Shown piece after piece: positions 25,980 through 38,929 of a stretch of DNA of 64,000 bases. Source of the DNA: Octopus vulgaris (Eukaryota); contig OX597818.1 in the NCBI GenBank assembly GCA_951406725.2, forward strand, positions 1,984,001-2,048,000. The letters are read 5' to 3'. Within the stretch, counting starts at the first letter, position 1. Every line of letters starts with the position of its first letter. The position numbers were made by a program, and so were the translations under genes. A model generated the notes under the pieces. The model worked only from the letters and a program-made list of their open reading frames with translations. It searched no databases and was not told where the DNA came from.

Positions 25980-27450
25980 GATAGAATGCTAAAGTGGAAC
26001 TACTGCCGATTGCATCGCCCGCCTAGTGGAGGGCTGTGAGCGTTTCACGACACTCGAGGGGTGCCAAGCGCCCTTCTTCAGTCTACGCCTAATCCAGGAT
26101 TGCAGCTCAATCAAAGAGCGTCTCTTGATAACAGATGAAACGCCTGACCAGTGGAACGTGACCTTTCCACAGAGAGCGAAAGAGTAAGCGCACCAGCTTG
26201 GTCAACCGGCAAACAAAGCAAGGGATGATGGTCAAACAGTAATAGATGACGAATGTTATGTACGCATTCGCTACCTCCACGTGACCTTTCAGGGACAGCT
26301 TCCTCTCGACCCATTTCTCGGTGAGATTGGCCCGTCACCACGTCCCAGTTTTTCTCCACCTGGAGGTCCGGACCTCGAACAATTTAATAGGACCGTCTGT
26401 CCAGCGCCCGACGATGCTGTTGGACGGCATGGGCTTGCCTCTTCAGGTGCCGAATTGCGAGCCCAGTGACTTTTCCGCGTTAATTTTGGCTCCTGCCACC
26501 GTTTCATATTCTTGTAGTGTGTCGCTAATCATGCTCGACACTATCGCGGTAACATCATCGGCGTAAGTAGACACGCTTCTTCCATGCCCTAGATCATGCA
26601 AGACACCCCTCAAAGACACCAACTTCCGCAGCAGTGGCTCAAGAGCCAGTACATACAGAAGGGAGGAGAGGGAGCACTCTTGACGGACCGAGCACAAGAT
26701 TCTGAATAGTTGTGAAAGGTAACCATTCACCGGAACAACCTAATAGATGCTGCTGTACAAAGCAGCGATCCAACCACGAAAGGCCGGACCGAAACCGGTT
26801 GCTCTGAGAACAGCTGCCAAATATGATGGTAGACCTTATCAAAGACTTTGGATTGAATTAATTTGATCAAAGCCCCACCCATGCCAACTTCATTACCCAC
26901 CCTCTCTATGATGTAACGCATGAGGTGAAGATTGTTGTGAATAGCCCTGGTTGGATGGCGCATATTTGCACCTTGCCAATCAGCTGGTTCACGACAAGCC
27001 CCAACCTCTTGGCTAACACCTTGGTCAAAATCTTTAACTCTGCATTGAGCAGAGTGATGGGCGTAAAATTTTCTATAACATACCCCTTGTTTGGGTCCTT
27101 TCTCAGCAGTTCCACCACTCCTCAACAAACAAAAGTGGAGATTCTCCCATTGTGTTGCCAGTTGAGGTCTGGCCTTTCGTGGTTGGATCGCTGCTTTGTA
27201 CAGCAGCATTTGTTAGGTTGTTCCGGTGAATGGTTACCTTTCACAACCATTCAGAATCTTGCGCTCGGTCCGTTAAGAGTACTCCCTCTCCTCCCTTCTG
27301 TATGTACTGACTCTTGAGCCACTGCTGCGGAAGTTGGAGTCTTTGAGGGGTGTCTTGCGTGATCTAGGGCGTGGAAGAAGCGTGTCTAATTACGCCGATG
27401 ATATTACCGCAATAGTGTCGAGCATGATTAGCGACACACTATAAGAATTG
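25980..27450 (-). mobile_element. degenerate L1/Tx1-clade LINE RT region with an internal inverted duplication
   Basis: PITLLNAELKILTKVLAKRL, IHNNLHLMRYII, SVRQECSLSSLLYVLALEPLLRKL, YADDVT. Confidence 0.75.
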
Positions 27451-27645
27451 AGGTAGACGTCTGCAAAGAGGCCCGCAAACAAGACTGGCATTGAAGTATA
27501 AAGCTCGTAGGGCAGTAATAATAATAATAGACACAGAAGGTAAAAAAAATTAACCCAGATTGAAAAAGAAGAAACCCCGAGCTTATTGCAATCAGTTTTT
27601 GAAGACATTTTATTGTCTTCTTCTTCTTATTATTATTATTATTAT

Positions 27646-28915
27646 TGAGAGAATGTTATCGCAGAGTAAGAGCAATACTCAAGACAGAGCTGAATGCAAG
27701 AAACAGGATCGAAGCGATCAATGCTTTAGCCATACCAGTAGTGACTTACAGTTTCAATATCGTTAACTGGTCAATTACTAAAATATGTAATCTTGACAGA
27801 AAAATATGAAAACTGTTGACAATGCATAGAATGCACCACCCTAAGGCAGATATAGATCGACTTTATCTACCAAGAAAAGAGGGAAGCCGTAGGCTTTTAC
27901 AACTGGCAATAACAATGAAGGTTGCTACAATTGGCCTAGACACCTACCTGAAAAACTCTGAGGACTGGATGTTAAAACTTGTCTCAAAACATGAAAACAA
28001 GAAAGAAAGCATCATACTCAGTAACAAAACAGGCAAAGGAATATCTAAGTGAATTCCGAATACAACAAATTCCAGAATTAGACACACAAGAAACAAGCAC
28101 AGAAAAAGCTAAGCGCTTGAAAACCCGTGCTAGAACTGCTGCCTTAGATATCCTGAATGATAAATGGCAAGAAAAACCTCTCAATGGCAAATACACAAAG
28201 AGAGTGAATAATGCAGATGTTGACAAAGCCCTGACCCATCAATGGCTAATGGCCTCTGGCTTAAAATCTGAAACAGAAGGGTTTATCATAGCAGCTCAAG
28301 ATCAATGCCTACCTACAAGAAACTACCAGGCCAACAAATTAAAGAACGGCAGTAGCCCAACATATAATGTATGTCAACAACAAAATGAAACCATTGATCA
28401 TGTTGTCTCCAAGTGCAGTCTTCTTGCGCCTACAGAGTATCTCAATAGGCATAATAGAGCTGCACAATATATCCACTGGGTAATTTGCAGAAGCCTGGAC
28501 TTGCCCCATGATAAAAACTGGTGGGAACACAAACCACCTCCAGTGCTTGAAAATGATCACATCTCACTCCTCTGGAACTTCACCATTCAAACTGACAGAA
28601 AGATAGACGCGAATAGGCTAGACATCATAGTAAAAGACTTCAGACAAAGAACATGCCTCCTCATTGATATGACTGTCCCAATCGATATAAATGTATTTGT
28701 CAAGACCTACCAAAAACTGAGCAAATATAAAGATCTGGAAATAGAAATCAGCAAAATGTGGAACCTGAAGACTAAAACAATATCTGTTGTCATCTGGGAA
28801 TGATAGCAAAAGGGGCTGATTGCTACCTAACTCAGATACCAGGAAACCCCAAAATGGCAGAAATTCAAAAGATAGTGCTCATGGGAACTGCTCATATCCT
28901 ACGCAAAATACTTTA
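27646..28915 (+). mobile_element. R4/Dong-clade LINE 3' part (RT C-terminus, zinc knuckle, REL endonuclease)
   Basis: HHPKADIDRLYLPRKEG, LKSETEGFIIAAQDQ, ETIDHVVSKC, YLNRHN, NRLDII..DMTVP..KY; preceded by (TTA)n. Confidence 0.85.
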
Positions 28916-29489
28916 GAAGGAGCAGTTTATATATCTACCACATAGATTATATATGCTTTATCATACCATGATACAGTGCAGACAGAGATCCTCGTTGCTG
29001 GGTCCTGATATTATATGAAATGTTAAACGCATACGGTATGCAAGTTAGTGTTCTATAGCTTCTAGATATGTCGAGTAGATAAACAGCATGACTGCCTTTT
29101 CTTTTTTTTTGCTCTCTGGGATTGGTCAAATTGACGAAGACACTTCCGATAAGAATCCAATAAGGTTCGAAAATCGATTGAGGCTGTTCCTCATCTTTTT
29201 CAGTCCAGAGAGAAATTAGTCACATTTGCTTTCTTTGTATTCCTACTACATAGGTTTCATGTAAATACACATATATATTATATATATGCAGGCGTGGCTT
29301 TGTGAATGGATTTGGTACAGGGAAATTGAAAGAAGCCCATCGTGCGTGTATGTGTGCATATATTTATGTGTATACACACACACACACATATATATGTATA
29401 GGTTACAAAATTAATGAGTGCGAGCGTTACATAAATAATATTTTCAGGATTACGTAAAAAGATAAGAAACGAAAAATATGACATATCTA

Positions 29490-29538
<49 letters not shown>

Positions 29539-29602
29539 TCGGGGTGAGTACTTGATAATTATAAGCACCTGTGTATACCGTTTGGTGGTGTAGGTGGTGG
29601 AG

Positions 29603-32600
29603 TAAATTGATCAAAATAAAATAAAAACATGATGCGAAGGATTCAGCGGTACATATGTTTCGGGCCTTTATTAGACAGATTTATAACAATGCATAATGTA
29701 TGTCTGTGGCCTTCTTCAGCCGCGCACAACAGCTTCCACAAGGACATGTGTTACATCAAAATTCTTGGTTGGGGATGCAAATCTTCTCATTCACGTACGA
29801 CATAATGCGGCAGCAGCATAGAATTGAAGCGTCCATCTCTTTCTTCTCTCAATGTAGAATGAGGAAAATTGGATGTTGAGGTAATGTAAATAAATAAATA
29901 CATATATAGAGGTGAAGATGGAGGGGCGAGAGTTCGGGACGAGGGATAAAAATGTATAAAAAGTGTAAGTATAGAATAATATAAAAATGTAGAGGATAAA
30001 GATATAAAGAGTTGTAAGGGGATGTAAAGGGGGTATAAAGAAATATAAAGAAATATAAATAAATGTAAAGGCATAAGGTTATAAAGTAAAAATAGAAATA
30101 GAAATAAAAGAAAAAAAACCTGATAAAAACATGATAAAAGTGTAAAAGAATGTAAAGATAAGGGATGTATAGAGGTTACGGACCAAGCATGGTGGTCAGG
30201 AGATTAATAAAATTTAGTTGTAGAATTGTCAGTAAATCAACAGTTTCGTCTGGGGACCTAATGCGTTGTAAATCAGAGCTGATGAGCATTTAATCTGGTT
30301 CCTTGAATTAAACGGACTTCTAGTACATACATATCATCATGGATACATACACCCACATACACGCGTACATATGCGCCTCCAAGCCTATAAGCATACACAC
30401 GCACTCGCATGTAAACACGTACATAAACACACACGCACCCAACGCACGCGCGTACACACACATACATACAACAGAATATCCGCATGTATACACGGACATT
30501 ATACGCGTACACACTCACATGTATATACGCGCGCCCATCACTACATACACACACGTATATGCCCACGCCTCTAGGTCTAGGTATAAGATATTAAAGGATG
30601 TGTATGAGAACGTATGTAAAGAATCCCGTACTCATGTCTATACGTGCACGCACACACGGCTGTGTGTCCGTATGTGCGTGCACATATACACTCATATACA
30701 CACACAGAGACACACGCGCCCATGGGTATAGCTATAAGATATCGAAGTATGCATGTACATATATGCGCGCGCATATGTATGTATGCGTATACACACGTAC
30801 GCGGACGCTCGTATAGTCAAAAAGTGGATCCATAGGTAAGTAAATAAACATATATAGAGGTGTAAAGCGATAAGTTATGGGTAAGAATGAGGGTGAGGGT
30901 GAAGATTAGAAATAAAAAATACAGTATAAAATAAGAAATACAATGTAATAGTTAGAAATGAAATATAAGAATTATAAAAATTATAAGAGTTAAGGTAAGG
31001 GATGAAAATAAAAATGAGAATAAATGGAAGTAGAATAAAAGTAAAAATAAAATTAATAGAGCAGGATGCCAACTATGTTGTGTAGAACTCCTGAACATCT
31101 TGAAATTCAAAGACAAACACAATCTTATTAACAAAAGGTCAGAGTTCAAACCATCCTGTATACATAAACTTATTAATACTTTCAAATACTACAATGCTTA
31201 GGTCTTATACCAACTCCCCCATGCAATTTCCTCCCACCCGGTGCAACCTGTCGGCTCCAGCACATCCTACTTTCCTATATGTGCGTGTATATGTGTATGT
31301 GTGTGTGTGTGCGTATGTATGTGCACATACGTGTACGTATGTGTACATATATATATATATGTACATGTGCGTGTGTGTGTGTGTGTGGGTGTGTGTATGT
31401 GCATATACGGTTCCCTGCATTTTCCTCCTATATATACAAATTTTGTCTCCCATATATGACTTCTTTTCCCTAAATATTTCTTTTCCCTAAATATTTCTTC
31501 TCCTACACCCATATCCTCCCTATGTAGTCTCTTTAATTCCCTATATCTATACCCTTTCACATTTCTAACTCGGATGTTGAACGCACACCGCCAAACTCCA
31601 CTTCCCACCCTTCCAATTTTCAGTTCCCCCCGCCCGCCCCTACGTTTAACACACACCTCTAACTTTCAACCACCTTCATCTCATGTTAAACTTTACCAAA
31701 TTATATTTTTATCTTATTTTATTTTATTTTTATTTTTATTTTTACTTTTATTTTTACTTTTATCCTACTTCCATTTATTTTTATTTTTAATTTTATTTTT
31801 ACTTTTATTCTACTTCCATTTATTCTCATTTTTATTTTCATCCCTTACCTTAACTCTTATAATTTTTATAATTCTTATATTTCATTTCTAACTATTACAT
31901 TGTATTTCTTATTTTATACTGTATTTTTTATTTCTAATCTTCACCCTCACCCTCATTCTTACCCATAACTTATCGCTTTACACCTCTATATATGTTTATT
32001 TACTTACCTATGGATCCACTTTTTGACTATACGAGCGTCCGCGTACGTGTGTATACGCATACATACATATGCGCGCGCATATATGTACATGCATACTTCG
32101 ATATCTTATAGCTATACCCATGGGCGCGTGTGTCTCTGTGTGTGTATATGAGTGTATATGTGCACGCACATACGGACACACAGCCGTGTGTGCGTGCACG
32201 TATAGACATGAGTACGGGATTCTTTACATACGTTCTCATACACATCCTTTAATATCTTATACCTAGACCTAGAGGCGTGGGCATATACGTGTGTGTATGT
32301 AGTGATGGGCGCGCGTATATACATGTGAGTGTGTACGCGTATAATGTCCGTGTATACATGCGGATATTCTGTTGTATGTATGTGTGTGTACGCGCGTGCG
32401 TGTGGGTGCGTGTGTGTTTATGTACGTGTTTACATGCGAGTGCGTGTGTATGCTTATAGGCTTGGAGGCGCATATGTACGCGTGTATGTGGGTGTATGTA
32501 TCCATGATGATATGTATGTACTAGAAGTCCGTTTAATTCAAGGAACCAGATTAAATGCTCATCAGCTCTGATTTACAACGCATTAGGTCCCCAGACGAAA

Positions 32601-33237
32601 CTGTTGATTTACTGACAATTCTACAACTAAATTTTATTAATCTCCTGACCACCATGCTTGGTCCGTAACCTCTATACATCCCTTATCTTTACATTCTTTT
32701 ACACTTTTATCATGTTTTTATCAGGTTTTTTTTCTTTTATTTCTATTTCTATTTTTACTTTATAACCTTATGCCTTTACATTTATTTATATTTCTTTATA
32801 TTTCTTTATACCCCTTTACATCCCCTTACAACTCTTTATATCTTTATCCTCTACATTTTTATATTATTCTATACTTACACTTTTTATACATTTTTTATCC
32901 CTCGTCCCGAACTCTCGCCCCTCCATCTTCACCTCTATATATGTATTTATTTATTTACATTACCTCAACATCCAATTTTCCTCATTCTACATTGAGAGAA
33001 GAAAGAGATGGACGCTTCAATTCTATGCTGCTGCCGCATTATGTCGTACGTGAATGAGAAGATTTGCATCCCCAACCAAGAATTTTTGATGTAACACATG
33101 TCCTTGTGGAAGCTGTTGTGCGCGGCTGAAGAAGGCCACAGACATACATTATGCATTGTTATAAATCTGTCTAATAAAGGCCCGAAACATATGTACCGCT
33201 GAATCCTTCGCATCATGTTTTTATTTTATTTTGATCA

Positions 33238-33242
<5 letters not shown>
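29603..33242 (+). mobile_element. PLE 3' fragment with a 1.45-kb inverted duplication (arms 29603-31056 and 31787-33242)
   Basis: Arms are near-perfect reverse complements; spacer encodes the GIY-YIG tail GCQLCCVELLNI..NLINKRSEFKPSCIH; hammerhead near each outer end. Confidence 0.85.
33122..33199 (+). ncRNA. type-I hammerhead ribozyme (mirror copy 29646-29723, minus strand)
   Basis: GCGG-CTGAAGA-AGGCC..GGCCC-GAAA-CATATG-TA-CCGC; palindromic stem III. Confidence 0.7.
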
Positions 33243-33326
<84 letters not shown>

Positions 33327-33889
33327 TAGAAAAACGTATAGTAAATAAACATACGAACATATACTAAGTACACTAAGTACACAGACGAACAGGAAACACA
33401 GGTCACCAGCTCCTCTTCAGTTATCGGCCAGAAGATCAAGTGCAATTTCTGCCGTTATCGATAATATTGCTTCCACTCTGGGGGTACCGGCAAGAAACTT
33501 GCCGGGAATAGGACCAAATCATAACAAAACGAGACACGCTCGAGACGGACGAGGATAAAAAGGATAAAGGCTTAGGGCCACAGGAAGACAACGATTAAAA
33601 TGATAATAATACATATACAGCAAAAACAAAGTCTTAGGGCTGCAAGACAGGACAAAAATGAGTAACGCGAAGGAAAAATGAAAACTGTCCTAAAGGACTA
33701 TAGGCACGGGAGGGGTAGAGCGAGGAGCTCAGAAAATCGTGACCAGCCCGGTCAAAGGGAACGCGAAAAAGAATGACACCGCCTTAGGCCGTCACGGACC
33801 ACGTGATAGTAGAAGGAAGGTAACAGAGAAAGACAGACAGCGAGAGAGAAAGGAAATTAAGAGAAGAGAGGAGCTCAGAATATTCGTGT

Positions 33890-34310
33890 GTGTTTTTGTG
33901 TCCATGTTTGTCCCCACCCTGTGTCCCCTTGACAACCGATGTTGGTGTGTCTACGTTGCTGTAACTTAGCAGCTCAGGAAAAGAAACCGATAGAATAAGT
34001 ACCATGCTTTAAAAAAAGTAAGCCCTGGGGACGATTTGTTTCATTAAAACCCCTTCGAGGTGGTGTTCCAACATGGCCGCAGTCAAATGACTGGAACAAG
34101 TAATAGGAGAAAAGAATGTGAGTGTGTGTGTATGTAAGTGAGTGAGTGAATGAGTGTTTCTGTTCATCCCCCTCCACCGCTTGACAAACGATGTTGGTTT
34201 GTCTACATTCCCGTTTCGGCAAAAGAGACCCATCAGAATAAGTATCAAGCTTCAAAAAACTTAAGTACTGGGTTCAATTTGTTCAACTGAACCCTTCACT
34301 AAAAAGATAA
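33890..34310 (+). mobile_element. tandem SINE fragments with CR1-like tail
   Basis: TTGACAACCGATGTTGGTGTGT..AGAATAAGTAC..CATGGCCGCAGTCAAATGACTG. Confidence 0.75.
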
Positions 34311-34440
34311 AAGATACATGCAACTGACGTTGCCATTTAGATAGTAATAAAAGGCTGATAACTTTAAGCAGAGAATTTAACAATATCCTGAGGAAGTAAA
34401 TGAATCAATCAGTTTAATATCGATAATACTTGGATAACAA

Positions 34441-34835
34441 GGCGGTGAGCTGGCAGAAACGTTAGCACGCCGGGCGAAATGCTTAGCGGTATTTCGTCTG
34501 CGTTACGTTGTGAGTTCAAATTCCGCCGAGGTCGACTTTGCCTTTCATCCTTTCGGGGTCGATAAATTAAGTACCAGTTATGCACTGGGGTCGATGTAAT
34601 CGACTTAATACCTATGTCTGTCCTTGTTTGTCTCCTCTGTGTTTAGCCCCTTGTGGGTAATAAAGAAATAGGTATTTCGTTTGTCTTTATGTTCTGTGTT
34701 CAAATTCCACCGAGGTCGACTTTGCCCTTTTGGGGTCGATAAATTAAGTACCAGCCGCGTGCTAGGGTCGATGTAATCGACTGACCCCCTCCCTAAAAAT
34801 TTCGGGCCTTGTGCCTAGAGTAGAATAGAATATTA
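34441..34835 (+). mobile_element. full dimeric tRNA-derived SINE (Meta-domain-like core)
   Basis: A-box-like TGGCAGAAACG and B-box GAGTTCAAATTCC; GCCTTTCATCCTTTCGGGGTCGATAAA.TAAGTACC core present in both monomers (second with a deletion). Confidence 0.85.
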
Positions 34836-35559
34836 CTTGGATAACATCCCTACTTATAAACAAGCAGCTTCCATTTGAGAGGAATGTAAGGGAGACTACT
34901 GCATTGCTTCAGTAGCTTTAATAATCTTCTAACTACTGCCCTCGTAACACACACACAGTTGCAGTTGTGACATCTTGGACAAGTATCTTCTACTGTAACC
35001 TCATATGGTGAAAGCACTTGCCCCAGTTGTAAGAGAATTTGGTCTTATAATCGGAAGGTCATGGGCTCGATTTTTCGACTGAGACATTCATTATAAAAAT
35101 GAGGAGGCACTCTGGTGCAGTTCCCCCTTCATCTATTATTTCCTCGATGTTCCACAGTGGGCTAGACGAGAGAGTGTTTATGTCTGATCGCGAATATACA
35201 TAGCTACCTAAAATACTTCGTAAAAGCCTGGTAGCAGCTACCGAATGATACCGTCTTGCGACTGACAACTAAACTTATGCTGGCATCGTGTAGCTGATGA
35301 TCCTTACTGCACTTACGTATTTTACACCTTTATATTATGAACGAAAAAAATTAAAAATTTATCGTCACTGATCTGTGTATTAAGTGTATGCATGCATGTG
35401 TGTATATGTATGTGTGTGTATGTAAGTGCGTATATAGATATATATTCTTCATACTTAGCTGGGAGTTTACAGGCGCAAATTTGTGAAAATATGAAAGTGG
35501 TACTTGTAAATAATGTATGGTGAATTTAGGGAATGAAGTAGCATGTACCCCATCAATTT

Positions 35560-35634
35560 TGTTTAAAATGGAGGAGACAAGTTGTTAAAATTTATAAAAA
35601 GTTTAATTCTTGCAGACGATCGTTTCATATAGAG

Positions 35635-35696
<62 letters not shown>

Positions 35697-37765
35697 TAAA
35701 TCCCTGATTGAATTAAATTGATTAAATATCGACGTACTCTTCAGTGCAGGAAGGAAAGAAACCATAATACAAGGAACTTAAAAAGGAATAGTGCAGAAAA
35801 AATTGGATTTAGGAGAGTCATATTGGTAGCCATGTGAGAAAGTGATGGGAGTCATATTGGATATTTAACCATAACTAACGGCTTCAAAGGTTATTTGTGA
35901 ATATAAGTAAAGAGGTATCGGAGACGTTCCCTTTATAGATGAGTATGGAAATTAGAATTATAGCTTCATATAAGCAGCGTAGGGCAAATAAGTTGTAGAA
36001 ATGTCCAATGGGAAGACAATACTGAATTTAAACTAAAATTAAAACTAACTGTTGGAATCAGTGCATAGTATAATGCATTGTTTTTTTTTTAAATCTGTAC
36101 AGAGGAATGAAGTTTAGCGCAAGGAAGTTGTATATAAGAAGCAAATACTAGACGGTTAATTTAAACAAATGTCAAAATATAGAGGAATGAGAATGAATTA
36201 AAGAGAGAAGATGATGTATATAAAGGACTCATGTTTGCATAAAAAATCATATTAGGTAACGCATATTAATAATAAAGGAGAAAAAATAAGTAAAAACAGA
36301 AAAGCAATAGTTAATATTACGATTAAAATAGTATGTACTTGCTGTGTTTATAAATATGAAAAAGTGAATTTTAAAATGACCAAAATAAATGTAGGGGAGA
36401 TAAATGAGCAGAGAAATAAATGAGTTAAAAAATAAAAATTTGGATAGGGATTTGTTGGTGTATTAGAGTATATATATAAAAAGATTATTTCAGAGGAAAT
36501 AATCCAGTTAATTTTATGTGAGAAGGATATGGAATGGCAGTTTGGTCGTAATGGTCGAGTTGTTGGGGTGTCGTGCCAGTATAAATATATGAAAAAATAC
36601 GAGTAGAAGGGTACACATAAGTGTATAAAAATTGACACGTAATATAGAAGAAATATAATCTAATAAGGAGAAGACTTGAATGTAGACATGCAGATCACCT
36701 TACAGTCGTACATGTGCATACATGTATACATATGCCAGCATTAAAATATACGTAATTATAAGGTATAGTAACTAATAACATAAACAAGTCATTGTTAGAA
36801 TAGGTATGTTGAGAGGGGGGGAGGTACAAGAAAGGGAGTACATGGACACAGTATGCAAATAAAATACAAAAAAAGTATAGGTATATTACATACTAAGGAA
36901 AATATAATTTCCTTTATCCAAACATGTGGAGAGAAAAAGTGTAGGAAGACATGATAATGATGGCCCTATATGTAGTGGGTCATGCATTTGTCAGAAGGAA
37001 ATGTTAAAGAAAAGATGTACAAAGATAGTAATGTAAAGGGGATGTGATAAGTAATTATATTCCATAGTAAAGGGTAATCTATAGATATATATATTTTTTA
37101 AATATCAAACTAAGCAAAAGGAGAGTGAAAAGTTATTTTAGATGAATGAATAGGAATCTGGTCATGTTTTCATTAACGAAATTTCCATTCATTCTCATTG
37201 TGTTATCGCTTTCTTCTAAACATAACCAACTTAATTTTATTATTGTTTCTGTAAGAGGGGACAGAAGATAGGATTTTCCAAGAAATGGAGAAATTAATAT
37301 TGTTTCTTTTGAGGTGCCCAATTTTTTTAGACGGTCCTGTACTATTCTCTTTTCGATGGTCCCTAAAAGAAGATTTAAGGTTATAAATTCTCGATTTAAT
37401 AGAGTTTTGTATGCAACCTATGTATATGTATCTAGAGGAGTCCTGAGTTGCTTGGTATACCACTTCTTTCATTTTACAATTTCTCTCTATTTCACAGGTA
37501 TTAGGGTCTCGACAATTACAATTTACATGGTTGTGTGATGGTGTTATATCTATATTTTGTTGGATTAATAGAGTTATGGTTATTAACAGTATTGTTGTTG
37601 TTAATAGTAGGATTATTGGAGATACTAGGTATAGTTATGGTAGTTTTTTGTTTTTTTTATTATAGAATAGATCCAGTTTCTTATTGTTAAAAGAAATCCT
37701 AAAAAGATTTGGAGAAACTGAAAATCCAAATCTAATTTTTTTATTATTAAATATTTTGGCATTCT
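35560..37765 (-). mobile_element. degenerate PLE (GIY-YIG remnant plus long 3' region)
   Basis: EVVYQAT..YIYIGCIQNSIKSRIYN..SFR at 37203-37472; hammerhead at 35611-35748. Confidence 0.7.
35611..35748 (-). ncRNA. hammerhead ribozyme whose stem II loop contains a (TTA)n microsatellite
   Basis: Minus strand TGCA-CTGAAGA-GTAC..ATAT-GAAA-CGATCG-TC-TGCA; GUC triplet. Confidence 0.65.
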
Positions 37766-37783
37766 TTTTTCTTGCTTTTATTC

Positions 37784-37985
37784 TTTTACTTGTTTCAGTC
37801 ATTTGACTGCGGCCATGCTGGAGCACCACCTTTAGTCGAACAAATCGACCCATGACTTATTCTTTGTAAGCCTAGTACTTATTTTATCGGTCTCTTGTGC
37901 CGAACCGCTAATTTACGGGGATGTAAACACACCAACATCGGTTGTCAAGCGATGGTGGGGGACAAACATAGACACACACACAAAT
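37784..37985 (-). mobile_element. SINE with CR1-like 3' tail
   Basis: Reverse complement of the family at 13635 and 33890. Confidence 0.8.
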
Positions 37986-38444
37986 ATATACATTCCCCCG
38001 GTGACATCTCTGTGTTTGGTCTCGCCCCACACAACGGACCTCCACAATCCGGGCTTCACCTGGAACAACGATTTATATTTAATTTACAGACTAATATCCC
38101 GCACGGACTTAACACAGCCCCCTCCTCTTAGTGTCTGCCTCTACACCTCCCGCAACAAGCAACTTTATTTCTTCTTTCTTCTCTTCTCTTTTTTTCATTT
38201 TCTTTCCTTACGTGCAATTACGTCATTTTTATTGTTTTATATTTTTTATTGTTTATAATTTTATTGTTTTTATAAATTATTGTTTTTATACACGAACACA
38301 TAAACACACATATTCACGTACCCACGAACACACACATACCTCCCACACACCACATACATACATGCACATATACGCACACATACTTCCACACACATATACA
38401 CACACCCACATACATGTGTACACACATACGCACACACCACCAAT

Positions 38445-38861
38445 TGTAACAGGATCTGGTATCGGTATCACTGAAAGGGTGTCGATCCGATCCCGTCACA
38501 TACAATTTAGTTAGATATAACAGACGAAGTCAGGTTATCGGTGAAAGACAGCAGTTTGTTTATTAATCGTGATGGTGTACGTATCTCTGAAGGGAAAACG
38601 ACAGCCGAATCTGTTGTACAGCTTCTTGTTCGTTGGTTGAAGTGGTTCGATGTCGTCCGCGGCTAAGTCGGTGTGGTTATCAGAGACTACCAAATGCACG
38701 TCTGTTCACGATGGCTGAAACGCCCAGAGAGAATGAATAAGTGAGTGTGCCTTAGGGGGTCAGTTTCCCGCACATGCGCATGGGGAAGACTTCCTGTGGC
38801 CACCCGGAAGTAGTCCCATTCTGCGCATGCGCGCTGAACCTTACACAGTAGCATCACTACA
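38445..38861 (-). repeat. Gypsy LTR (TG..CA, ~417 bp)
   Basis: TGTAGTGATG..CTGTTACA on the minus strand following the PPT. Confidence 0.9.
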
Positions 38862-38929
38862 TGGCTCCCCCTCGAGTGCGGAAGTACGAAAACAAGAAAT
38901 TTTGTAGTGATGCTGCAGAAAAACAGATG

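Noticed and set aside
30275-30325. CTGATGAG motif (mirror at ~32555) as a second hammerhead
   Set aside because: No properly placed GAAA..UH half-core and no convincing stem I
34441-34530. tRNA gene
   Set aside because: A/B-box-like motifs belong to the SINE head; no full cloverleaf
35285-35350. CTGATGA and, at 56893, CTGACGA as hammerhead cores
   Set aside because: No complementary stems or downstream GAAA..UH could be built
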